A model generated the notes under the pieces. It saw only the letters and a list, made by a program, of their open reading frames with translations. It did no database searches and was not told the DNA's origin. This document shows positions 12,595-26,486 of a DNA stretch of 64,000 bases, piece after piece. Within the stretch, counting starts at the first letter, position 1; every line of letters starts with the position of its first letter. The position numbers and the translations under genes were made by a program. This DNA comes from the human T2T-CHM13v2.0 reference genome, Homo sapiens: assembly GCF_009914755.1 (NCBI RefSeq), contig NC_060936.1; one strand, given 5' to 3'.

Positions 12595-14159
12595 AAAAAA
12601 ATAGTGTTTTCTTCCTCTAATCTGTGTTTTTTTGGTAAATGATATCTTCATCCTTACAGCTGTTGAAGTAAAATACCATAGGGTAAATTTTTATTTTCCT
12701 TTTGTCTCACTGCTTGCACCTGGATCCAAACAATTAGCAAATTCTCTTCTCTACCTTGAAATACATCCAACTTCAACTGAGTCAACTCTACCTCTTAATT
12801 TTAAGCCACCATCTTCTCTCTGTGTTCACTTCTATCCACTCTCATATCACCTCTGTGAAACTTTTCTACATCTGCATTGATGTTTCCCTTCTTCATATAT
12901 GCTAGTTTCATTCACAATCTGAGAACTTTTCACTTACTCACTAATTATTTATTTTGCCTACAATTATCTGAGATCTTTTTCTTTTAAATCTTCACCTCAT
13001 TAAAACTTTTGATCATTTGGGTCTTAGCTAAATGGGCTCACAAGGAGAACTTTTAAAACCTCTTGATCTGCCATACCTGCCAAATTACTTTGTTTTGTTT
13101 TCATATATTTATTATTTTTTATATTTGCCTATTTAGGATTTTGTTGGTAAAGAATGTTTATTGGATTTACTAGAATTGGCAACTTGTTTTCACAGTTGAA
13201 AACAAGAGATATTGAATATCCCTATATTCTTTTTCTTTGTTAATGAAATGAAAAAGGAAACTCCTATAACTGAAGGCAGACAATTCTCTTTCAGGTTTAC
13301 TCGAAGGCAGCAAAATTGGCCCTACTCCCAACCCTGCAACATGCACCATTTCCATAAACAATCTACAGAGATGGCTGAGAAAAAGAAAAAGGGGTACTCT
13401 CCTTTACCCCTTCTCCAAAGCCCGATGAAGTAAAGAGTAGAAATCAAGAGTGTCTACAAGAATTGGGGATTGGCATTGATTCTCCACTGTGTGATTACTC
13501 ATGCTTTATGGCAATGTGCCTATTTAAAGGGCAGGTAATGACTTAGCAAGAAGGAAGGAGAGAGAATGTCAAACTCACCTGAAGTCTTACCAATTGGTGT
13601 GGCAGGTATGTGGCTGTTTCCCATGAGTGAATACACTATAAGATTATTAGGCTCTAGCTGTTTTGCTTGTATCTAATCCAGGTGACACCAGCATTTAGAG
13701 ACTATGAGGTGTACTGGGAGCTGAGATAATGAAAGAGGTAGCATTAAAGTAATATCCCCCAAATTATGGCAGATCTATGGTTAGAAGCCTAAGAATAACA
13801 TGTGAAAACCTCATGTCAGAGCCTGACAATATACCAGAATTTGGATACCTGCCATACAGAAGGTACCAGCCGCCAAGGGGTAACTGTCAGAAAAGTGACA
13901 ACAATCACAAGTTGGGAAAAGGACTTGTCTCTTTGCCCCTCACTCCTCTCTGTGCCCAATAATTTGGATGAGCTATTGCCTACAGAATGAAAGGAGAGTT
14001 GTAGGGCTATGAATCAAATATGAGACAAGTTTTAAATGAGAAGAAAGTAACATTTAATAAGCAAAAATGCCCAGAGAACTATGGAATCATCCCAAGAAAG
14101 GATTAATAAACAAAAATTGGATTCAATAGAAAACACATCAGAGAAAAAAGTTAATATTT

Positions 14160-14300
14160 TTATACCATAGATGTGAGAGTCCTTAATGCACTAGTTACAG
14201 CATATTAGTGCATTATGTACATTCCATGTGACTCTCTTATTACCACTATACCCACAATGCTTAGAACTGGGTCCTCAATAATCGAGTATGGGTGGCTAAA
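14160..14300 (+). mobile_element. L2 3' end fragment carrying a small palindromic insert
   Basis: ttaccactatacccacaatgcttagaactgggtcctcaataat. Confidence 0.45.
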
Positions 14301-15589
14301 GGACTTTTCATTTTATGTGGCAGAGGATAATAATAAAAAAAGAAATAATAGAGGAAGAAACTGGCTTTGGTGTTCTAGACATATTAGGGCTGAAACCCAA
14401 ATATTCAGTTACCTGTTTTGCTTGGCCTACATCCATTTTCAGCAGTGCACTCAAAGTCTCCAAAGAAATTTGCAGAGAATTTCTTCCAGTAGCCCCAAGA
14501 GTTCTCAGCATAAGTACTGGAAAAACTCACTAGCATGGAGGATGCTTCTCTCCAGTGGAATCAACAGTGGCCTCTGCTGATTCAGAGACTTCAGTGTTCC
14601 ACAGTGAAACTAGATTGTGATGAGAGCAAATATGGCTGGAAGGCAACACTGCTCAGGTGGTTAGAGCGTGAGTTCTGTAGTATCAAGGAGCTTTTTTCTC
14701 AGTGTGTCTGTCAGTGGAGAATTTGGGGGAAAGATCAAATCAAATTGCTAAATAAAACATAAAGCCCCACAGAGATGGAAGCCAGCAATATGTGTATGCT
14801 GTGGTTTGGGTGCCCCCTTTACCTTCCAGAATGTCTTTGAACTGCATGTTGAGCTGGTTTCACCTGGGTGAAAACATGAGGGAAAAGGAAGTAAGGGAAG
14901 GATGGACAGATAGTGGTAGAGACTGATGACCACTTCAAGTAAGTGTGCTATCAGGAGAATAACTCTCCCATGTCTTCATAGGAGTCAGTGAACAGTCACC
15001 TGTTGTATAGAATCACCCATGGGCAGTCACTGGTTACCAGCAGCAGCACCAACCAACCACCTGAGAATTACACCAATGGTCAGTTAGGCAAAGAGACATC
15101 TGCCTCCCTCTCCTCTTCCCCAACACTTAGATTTTACTTATCACTGATTCTTGCATAGAAATGGTTCTGACTGGTGAAAACAAAGAGAAAAATATGTTGA
15201 AGGAAGTACCTATGAACCTAATTATTATTTTACTCATTTTTTTCTCCAAAGTCTATTGATAAATAATGTTTTCAGTGTCAACTTTGACTTTATTTTCAAT
15301 ATACAAAGTCAAACTAAAAACTTTCGTATTTCAGGTTGAAATTTATAGTGTAACTCTTTACTTTTAATGGCTTCCAGTTGTTCTATTTTGGTTTCTGGCA
15401 GAAATCCTTTTGGTATGTTACATAGAAATATAGATAGATAAAGGAAAGCCAATTATCTTTTCTTTACAGAGAAATATCCTGAATGCTGTAAGTTGAGGGG
15501 AATGGCAGGGTATGTACTGGTATGACTGGCCAATACAGAATCTAGTCTAGCTGAGATATGGCTTTTAGTAGGAAGCCTCATAGGGAACA

Positions 15590-15762
15590 TGATGGAGGAA
15601 AATCCTTTCATTTATGGTATCAAGAGATTTTCATTTTAATCCCAGCTATATTTTACATCAATGTTGTCATGCATTCTATCTTCTCTGGGCTTGAGATATA
15701 CAAGATGAGGATGCTGATTTAGCAGAAGTTCAAGCATCCTTTCCAAGGTGAACATCTATGAC
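15590..15762 (+). mobile_element. MIR3/MIRc fragment
   Basis: ttaatcccagct...ttctctgggctt...aagatgagga...catcctttccaaggtgaacatctatga. Confidence 0.55.
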
Positions 15763-15989
15763 CACTCAGTGTTGAGAATTACTTCAGACTATTATTAACA
15801 CTATTATTAACCAAAGGAAGGACCCCCCTGATTACTGATCAGTTCTCCAGTCCATTGGGAAATCCTTCTAAAGGCCATTTCATTTCAGACTGAAATGTAC
15901 AAATGTATAAAGAGTGGAAAAGACATCAAAACTAAAAATACTATGTTAAACTTTGTTCCATATAGGACAATACATCAAAGATTAAAGTT

Positions 15990-16115
15990 AGGTTGAAAGC
16001 AAAGTTCTATGAGGATAAGAACGGAGTCTGTCTTATTTATTGTTTTATTGTCAGTGCTCAGCTCAGAATGACATTTAAGAAGTGTTTAAATGACTATTGG
16101 CTGAATTATTAAATG
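15990..16115 (+). mobile_element. L2 3' end fragment
   Basis: aaagttctatgaggataagaacggagtctgtcttatttattg...ggctgaattattaaatg. Confidence 0.6.
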
Positions 16116-17660
16116 CAGATAATTGGTTACAGTGAAAAAAAAAAAGTTTGTGGGAAAAAAAACTGCGTAGCTGGATTCCTGTGATCCCACATCATCCCAA
16201 CCCTGTAAGTTCAGGGTCCAGGCCAATATAAACATGAGACAGAATATAATAATGCAGTATCTGCCTCAGAATCTAGGCAGCAAGACCCACAGCACTTTGC
16301 CCCTTGAGTGACCACTGCATTACTTCATTGGATCCCCAGTCCTTCTTGATACCAGAGTGAGTAGGAGTTATTTAATTCCAGTGCTGACTACTAGCCTTCT
16401 CTAGTCAAAGCTGACCCTCTGTTGCAGACAATTCACCTCTAATCCCTCATTTCAGAGTCTTCTCTCTCCCTATTGTTATGAGTGCCACTTACAGTCAGGT
16501 TTCTGCTTTAATCACTGCTTTATATTCTGACTTAAGTCAGTTGCCAGCTTCTACCGTATCCCAGTGGTGATTGTACACTTAAGTAGATTTCTTAGAGTCC
16601 CATAATTATGTAAAGACGCCCCTCACCTAAATCCCAATCCAAAGGCCAAGGCCCCATTATCCATCATCAGCAGTTTCATCCACACAATTTTATCTTATTA
16701 CCTAGAATTCTGAATTTGCACATCGGCTTTCCCATCCTGTTGCTCTTTTTGGAGCTGCTTTCTATGCAGAATTCTTGCTGTCTTGCTCTTCTGATGGAAT
16801 CTCCACCTATGGACAGGGCTGATGGGCACAGTAACCTAAATCTTCCTTAGCTTGGTATAAATAAATTATTACATTTGCCAGGTTGTCCTGAGTTGTAATA
16901 ATAAGTCATTCATTGCACCTATACGAGCAACTAACATCGCTTTTCATTTTTAATCTATGTGAACATGATCTGACAAGAATATTAAATATTCAGACCCTAA
17001 ATTTTCAAATGATAAACCAGTGGGAAAGTTGTTACTAGAATTTCTAATTTTAAAAGGAATGTTCCATCATATTATTTTTGAAATATGTAAGTAAAAAAAA
17101 CTAAAATGCACTCATTATCATAGTCTTTAAAATGATGTGTAAAGAACTGAAAGTCTCCCTTTTACTAATTCTATTGTTTAGAGAAAATTATTGTTAGTAT
17201 TTATTGAGCCCTACCATGTTCCAGAAACTGTTCTAGGCCCTGAGGCTAGAGAATGACCAGAAAAAATTAGGTGCCTTCACAGACCTTATATTTTGATGAG
17301 GAATACATACAAGCAAAGGGAAATTAAGAAAAATAAAAGATAAATGATAAGGAGAAAAATAACATTAGGTTAGATACAGGAGCTGTTGGGGGAGAACATA
17401 CTGAAATATTGGATTCAGTGGCCAGGGAAAATGTCACAGAAGAATCGATCAGACCATCCATGCAAATCTCTGGCAGAGAAAATTCCAAGCAAATGGAATG
17501 GTAAGAGCAAAACTCTGAGTTGGAAGTCTGATTAGCATATATGAGGACAGCAAGGAGACTTGTGTGGATAAAATAAAGGGAAAGGAAAGAAAAGAAAGTG
17601 ACAGAATTGCTCGGTGGGTATGGGGTGGAGGAGAACCAAGGATCCATATCATAATAAGTA

Positions 17661-18904
17661 CAGCCACTCATTGCTTAAGAACAGTGATATATTCTAAATG
17701 TGTCGTTAGGCAATGATGTCGTTATGCAATTACTATTATATTCTTGTGAAATCATAGAGTGTACTTACACAAATATACTATAGCCTATTCCTCTTAGGCT
17801 ACAAACCTGTACAGCATGTTACTGCACTTAATACTGTAGACAATTGTAACACAATAGTATTTGTGGATCCAAACTTATCTAAATAAAACAAGGTACAGTA
17901 AAAATATGGCATAAAAGATAAAATATGTTACATCTGTATGGGACACTTACCATGAATGAAGCTTGCAGGACTGAAAGTTGCCCTGGGTGAGTCAGTGAGT
18001 AACTGATTAGTAAATATGAAGGCCTGGACATTACTGTACTATACACTACTGCAGAATTTAGAAACATGGTACACTTAGGCTACACTAAATTTATAAAAAG
18101 TTATTTTCTTTCTTCAGTAACAAATTACCCTTAGCTTACTATAATTTTTTCTTTTTAAACTTTTTACTTTATAAAAATTTTGTTTCTTTTGGGTAATAAC
18201 TCTTAGCTTAAAACACCATTGTACAACTGTACAAAAATATTTTTCTTTATATCTTTATTCTATTGCTTTTTTCCATTTTTTTAACTTTTTAAAGTCTTGT
18301 TTACATTTTCAACTTTGTCACTGAAAATGAGCACACACACACACACACACACACACACATTAGCCTAAATTCAAGGATAAATTTCTTTGAATTTCATCAA
18401 ACCCAGGGTCAGGATCATCAATATTATTGTCTTCCACCTCCACGTCTTATCCCACTGGAAGGTCTTCAGAGACATAGCAGGCAGGGAGCTGTCATCTTAT
18501 ATAATAACAATAACTTATTTTGGGATACTTTCTGAAGGACCTGCTTTAGGCTGCTGGACAGTTAACTTTATTTATTTTTTATAAGTAAAAGAAGTACACT
18601 CTAAAAATTATTTTAAAAGTACTCTAGTAAATACATAAACCATAAACATAGATTTATCATTATCAAGTATTATGTACTGTACATAATTGTACTGCTATAC
18701 TTTTCTAAGACTATCAGTGCAATAGATTTGTTTATACCAGCATCACCACACACAGGTGAGTAATGCATTGTGCTATGACCTTACAAGGGCTGTAACATCA
18801 CCACTAGGTGATAGGAATTTTTCAGCTCCATTATTGTCTTATGGAACCACCATTGTATATGTGGTCTGTTGTTGACCACAATATTGTTATGTGATGCATG
18901 ATGG
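17661..18904 (-). mobile_element. Tigger3b non-autonomous Tc1/mariner element, full length
   Basis: TA flanks at 17659-60 and 18905-06; degenerate TIRs cagccactcattgc / gtgatgcatgatgg; internal aaacctgtacagcatgttactg and cccactggaaggtcttcag. Confidence 0.9.
18332..18359. repeat. (CA)14 microsatellite inside Tigger3b
   Basis: Perfect CA run. Confidence 0.95.
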
Positions 18905-19904
18905 TACTTTGCTTTTTCCTATGAAGTAGATTTTAACAATAGATTAGAGAACATAGAGAGAAGAGTGGAATTATCTCCCTCTAGTTTTGCATTTTCATGT
19001 TGACTGTGTTAAAAAAAAGACTTAAAAGGAAAGAAGGTGGATATGGGAGATGACAAGGATTTGCAATAATTCAGGCCAGCTACGGCTTGGAACCAGTGTA
19101 GTACTAGCCAAGTGATTGAATTTGGGGTATAATGTGAAGGTAAAAGCCATCAGGATTTGCTAATGAATTAGATGTGGGGTATAGAACAAAGAGGGGATTT
19201 GTGAATACCTCCAAGTATTTAAGCCAAAACAACTGAAAAGATGGAGATGTCATAAAGTGAGATGGGAAGACTGTTAGAGCAAGTTTGGAGTGGTTTAAGA
19301 ATCTGAAGTTTAACTTTAGGCATGTTAACTTTGAGATGATTATATGTCATTCAAGTGAAAATATAAGTAGGTTATTGGATATGAGTTTGGGGTCAGGAAA
19401 GAGATTCAGAATGGAGATATAAATCCAGGGATCATCAGCATGGAGATGGTATTTAAGGACAGTGAGTGGATAAAATCATCTAGGAAGTGATTATAGATGA
19501 CAGGAGAAAAGATCCAAGAACAGAGCCCTGGCTGATTCTGAAATTTAAGGAGCTAGAAGGAATAGACACTAGCAAAGGAAAACAGGAATAAACGCCTGAG
19601 ATGTAAGAGAAAAAAGTAGGTGAATATGGTGCTTTGAAGCTAAAAATAAAAGGGAATTCAATAAATTTATCCTATGATTATTTAGAGATATATATGTATA
19701 AACAACTATATTTGTGTGTGTGTGTGTTTCTGTGAGGGATAGTTTTTATTTTACAAAATGAGATCATGCTATCCTTAATTATCTAAAACCTACTTTAAAA
19801 AATAATTTATTGTCAAAGAAATTTTTGTATCATCTGTACTCTTAAAATTAAATGTTTTATCTTCAACTTTTTGACTTTCCAGAAGCATTATTATAAAAAA
19901 GTAA

Positions 19905-21575
<1,671 letters not shown>

Positions 21576-22754
21576 AAAGTAATTATTTTTCTCTCCTCTT
21601 TAGTTAGCAAAAATTCTGGTTGTAGAATTCTTAAACTAAAGAAAAAGCAAACCAAGGAATAAGGGAATAGGAACCAAATTTTTAAAAAAATATCAAATTG
21701 CTCTTATTTCTTACTATCACTATTAGGAAATATCATTGGATGCTGATTTTCTTTTTTTAGAATTAGAAAGTAAGCTTTGAATACAGCAGTTAATTTTTTG
21801 AAGGAAATTATGAAAACAACTGATAGTTTCTGCTCATTTTTACTGGAGATAAAAGTAGTTTTTATTTTCTTTTTTTCTAGGATTCTAGCATCTGTTGGTT
21901 TTACAAAGACAAATTACATGGCATTGTTTTCAAATCATCTAAGAGCTCAAGGATTTTTATTAGATAAGAGAGATGAAAATTAAATAACAGTAGTTACAAT
22001 GTGTAAATATTAACACATTTAAGACAGCAAGAATATGGTATACTACTTCACTCTATCTGGATAAACAATAAATGCATTGATTATATTCTATTAAGAGTTA
22101 GCAGTAGGCAAGGGATTCATCTCAATGCTCCTCAGATTTTCCCAATGTGTGGGCATATTTTAAAAAGTGAATTAGCTATGTCACAAGGCATTTCATCTAT
22201 GAAAACATAATTGAAAATCAAATAAACTTTTCTTGAACACTACCATATCACTGACTGGATATTATAAACTGTAATGGACAATTTGTGCCTTGCTTAATAT
22301 TTTAGATCATTCATCGCTGTTCAGAATGGAGTGTTTAGAAATATTCATTTTAAAGTAATTCTGTCAAAGGGAGAGAGAAAATTCTTATAGGGCATTTTTG
22401 AGGGCTTTATAAATTGAAGGTAAGTAAAATGGCAAGCACAATTTTTCAGCCAATAACTCTTATGAAGCAAATCTTATAAATATTAGACATGCCATTTAAT
22501 AATTGCTGAGTATTTGTGATAGAACTTAAAACAACATTCAAGTCTCAGTATGAAAAACTGTCACTAAATAAAAATAACAGAGGTGGATGAACTTAGTCTT
22601 TTGTTCTTCCTCAACTACCCATTAAATATCCTTCTGCTTCTTCATTTATAACTTTATATTTTGAAAAGTCAGCAGGATTGAAGTAGATTCCATGTGCAAA
22701 ACTGCTTGTTGAACAGATTCTTAGTAAGCAAGTAAAAAGGGATTGCATGTCGCG

Positions 22755-22930
22755 AAGATTTCTGAACTGGCATTCATTCAGATCAGGCATATAATCTCAG
22801 CTCTGTGGCTAATTAACTGTTTAATCTGGTCATTTGTGTCCTTATATACTATGTTTCCTTTTCTATAAGATGAAGAAGACAAGCCACAACTATGTACACA
22901 TTCATGAGAACAAAAATGAGATGTTAAAAT
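22755..22930 (+). mobile_element. MIR fragment
   Basis: aatctcagctctgtggctaattaactg...tttccttttctataagatg...atgagaacaaaaatgagat. Confidence 0.5.
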
Positions 22931-23089
22931 GAAACTTTTAGATTAAAAGCCAATTCAATTAATGCATTCTTTTCTCAGTAAATGCAGGAGATACTCTGTA
23001 GCTTTGAAATTAATAAAATTATGAAGGTATATGAGTCTTGCTTCTGTTTGTAGAAACTATGCTCATTTTCTGTAGACTCTTTTTTTTCT

Positions 23090-23362
23090 TTCCTACAGAG
23101 ATAGTTTCTGTTTTCATTTGTTCTTTTTCATCAAAGGATTTTGTTTTGTTTTCTGTTTATGCTTTTCCAACATTTACGTTAAAACTGCTTTCAGTTTTCA
23201 TAATTCTTTCCTTGCTTTATATTTTTGTCCTTTCCTTTTGTATTTCCTCTAAATTGATTTTCTTCAGCATCAATTGTGCTCTTTAGAAGTAATTAAATAT
23301 TTTAGTTTCTCAATGTCATTCTTGGAATTAAGTTGTTATTTTTTGAGGGTGGTGGAATTTTA

Positions 23363-23398
<36 letters not shown>

Positions 23399-23700
23399 TC
23401 CTACATCACAATAGATATTTCTTAAATGACTCTCAGCTCTGTCTCCACTTGTTGATCATCTTTGTTTTCTACAAATGATAATAGGCCTTCCTATCTTGCC
23501 AAAAACACAGAAATCATGTACTCTAAATGTCCTTGTATTTACTTTAGAAAACAATTTTCAAAATTAAGTTCTTACTCTTATTTTTCATGATAGCTCTTGA
23601 CTTTTTTAAGGTCTCATTACATTTGGGCTTTTTTGCTAGCTTTGTTTAATGTTCGGTTATCCTTGGATGGAATGTGATGATTCTGGACCTAGAATTTTCC
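23090..23700 (-). mobile_element. Possible very old L1M fragment
   Basis: Strongly T-rich segment with the texture of antisense L1; no diagnostic motif recognised. Confidence 0.35.
23365..23396. repeat. (TG)16 microsatellite
   Basis: Perfect TG run. Confidence 0.97.
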
Positions 23701-24319
23701 ATTTGGCAGTGTTGGTAGCACTGAGTCCTTAGCTATCTTACCGGGTGCTTATTAGGCTCTATTATAATCCTCCCCACTTAGATCTAAACCAAGAGGCTAT
23801 GTTAATGCACAAGTATCATAAATCACTTTGTGATATCCAAGAGAAATGTATTAAAGTGGGCCTGTTGGACTGAGGTTCAACCTCAGTTAGGTTCTCTAAC
23901 CTGGGAGATTTCTTGTTCTTTGATACAGAAGAAGGATATGAAACACCACATCTGAAAACATATAGTGCTTCTAGTGCCCTCTCTCTTTCATTTCCAAAAA
24001 TAAATTTTTACTTTTGCAATTATCATCACATGGTATAATTGCTTTCTGTGTGTAGTATCCTATTTCCTGCCATGTTACCTACTGAGTGGTATCGTTGAAG
24101 GGATCCAGGCAGATAAAACCTGATGGGAGTTGTTTGGTTGGGAGACTGGCTCTATCTCCAAAAATAGTTCCTAAGCATTCAGGAGTATGAATGACAATTT
24201 TGTATTTCATGGAGTTAGGAAACCACAGAATAGTGCTGTGATCAATGCCTTTAATTTTTTTTTTAATTCTTAGGAAGCAAGTAGAGGTGGGGAGGGAAGT
24301 AGTTCTCTGTGGTGTTCTG

Positions 24320-24965
24320 TGGGCCTACCTCATTTTCTAGCACTTCACAGATGCAGTGTTTTTTACCAGTTGATGGTTTGTGGCAACCCTGTGTCAAGCA
24401 AATCTACTGGTGCCATAATTTCAATAACATGTGCTCACTTCTTGTCTCCATGTCATGTTTTTGGTAATCCCCACAATATTTCAGACTTTTATTATTATTA
24501 TATTCATTATGATGATCTATTAGCAGTGATCTTTGATGTTAGTGTTGTAATTGTTTGGGGCACTGCAAACTGCGCTCATACAAGATAGTGAAATTGATTG
24601 ACAAATGTTTGTGTTCTGAGTGCTCTACTCTACCAACTGGCCATCCCCCCCTATTCCTCTCCCTCTCCTGGGGCCTGCCTAGTCCCTGACACACAAGAAT
24701 TTTGAAATTAGACCAATTAATAATCCTACTGAGTCCTAACTAACAACCTTTAAGTGTTCAAGTGAAAGAAAAAGCCACACATCTCTCACTCTATATCAAA
24801 AGCAATAAATAATTAAGTGTAGTGAGGAAGGCATGTCAAAAGCTGAGAGAGGTTGAAAGCCCAATCCAGAGCAAGGACCTAACTCACTCCAATTCTATGA
24901 AGGCAGAGAGAGGTGAGGGAGCTGCAGAAGGAAAGCTTGAAGCTAACAGTAATTGGTTCATGAGG
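24320..24965 (+). mobile_element. Tigger1 5' portion with an internal deletion (start of the transposase region)
   Basis: ggtttgtggcaaccctg, taagtgttcaagtgaaag, agtgaggaaggcatgtcaaaagctgag and ggttcatgagg match Tigger1. Confidence 0.9.
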
Positions 24966-26149
24966 ATGGAGGTGTGATGGGTATTCCGGTAATGTATTTC
25001 TCAACACATCTTCATTAATAATGCACGAAGAGTGAACCCTTGGACTTTGCCAACTAGTTTTCTTGTATTTTCTTCTGCTGTTTGCAGTTTTTGACATTTT
25101 AGGGGATTTTTTTTTTGTAAACTTTCATGGGTATTCACTGTAAAGTTGAGAAAAGGCACACTATGCACTACAGAATACCTACATGTGAATCAAAGAGTTT
25201 TTGAGGCCCATTTGAAATCAAGGAGACTATTCTAGATTGCTAGTTATATATGCCTATATTTCCTCTAAGCCTCTGTGACAGTTATTAGATTGGGCTATAA
25301 AAATTTGAGAGTATATTGAAAACACATAAAGAAGCACTTTCACAGAGAAATGCAAGGTCATAGCTATAAAGAACCAGAGTTTCAACTTTTATATTAGTCT
25401 AATTCTGAGTTCTTAAACAAAAATATACTGTTCTAACTATAAAATTTTAAAGGCAAAGGGAATCGGGAAAAATGCCGTTTTAAACATTCAAGGAGTAATT
25501 TCAAAATTTTGCATATTCATATTAAGTTCTGAATCCAATTATAAATAATTGCTTAAATATACTAGAGAAAAGAAACTTGAGTTTCAAATAAAGAAATATT
25601 CCCGCTTTATCACCAAATACATTATAATGTTAATCATGAAATCACAAATCATGGAATTTTAAAAGCCCCTTAGCAAACAGATAAAACAATCAGATAAATT
25701 TTGATAAATTTAAAAATCTGATGCACTCACCCCTCCCATACCCAGAATATGATAACCCTTCCATAAGGTATTTACCATGTTGTATTGATCATCACAGGAA
25801 TATGTTTTTCTGTTCAAACTGGCACAGAGGTCATTAATTTCTAATCTACATAATTTAATTTTGCAACTATCATATTGAATATATAACATCAAACTACAAT
25901 CTAGAGATTTTTGATCTCCCATCCACTTCATTAAAAATGTATTATTTAGATTAGCCTCTTGAGTTTAGATATGATCAAAATTATCAACAATTATATTATC
26001 TTGTCAAATGTTACATTACTTTTAAATGGAAGACCCCAAGACCCTGACTCAGACTTGCCAAAACATTATGCAGTCTAGAAAGACAGACTTTATTGGTTTT
26101 GCTTCCTAAGTTGACTAAGGCTCTAAACTTTTCTGATTTTCCTTTATAT

Positions 26150-26486
26150 ATGATGTTAGGATAGTTTTTAGCTACTTTGTTATATTTCAACTTTTATTTG
26201 TCCTTAAAATCACAAAATGAGTGTTCCAACTCGAAGCATAGCAGTTATCCATGCATGCAGAAAGAAGTGGAAGTAAGTAGGAACAGGAAGGGCTTTCTTG
26301 AAATAAATTACCTTGTGTCTTATTAGCCCAGAAACATATCATATGACGACCCTTAGTTGCAAGTGAATCAAGAAGCAGGGTTTTCTTTTTTTTAGCAAGA
26401 CACATTGCCACCTCAAGAAAATCTCAATCCATTACTGAATATCTGCTATATAATTGATAATGAGCAACCAGCAGTATCTGCCTCAT
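26150..26486 (-). mobile_element. Old MaLR LTR (MLT1J/K-like)
   Basis: acccttagttgcaagtgaatc...cacattgccacc...gcaaccagcagtatctgcctca. Confidence 0.6.

Larger units (their letters stand above)
17190..19650 (-). mobile_element. L2 (antisense, 3' region), split by Tigger3b
   Basis: tatttattgagccctaccatgttccagaaactgttctagg; purine-rich L2 body resumes after 18906. Confidence 0.8.

Noticed and set aside
14215-14762. Cluster of overlapping 67-121-aa ORFs
   Set aside because: No recognisable domain and no splice-bounded structure; consistent with chance ORFs in slightly GC-richer DNA.
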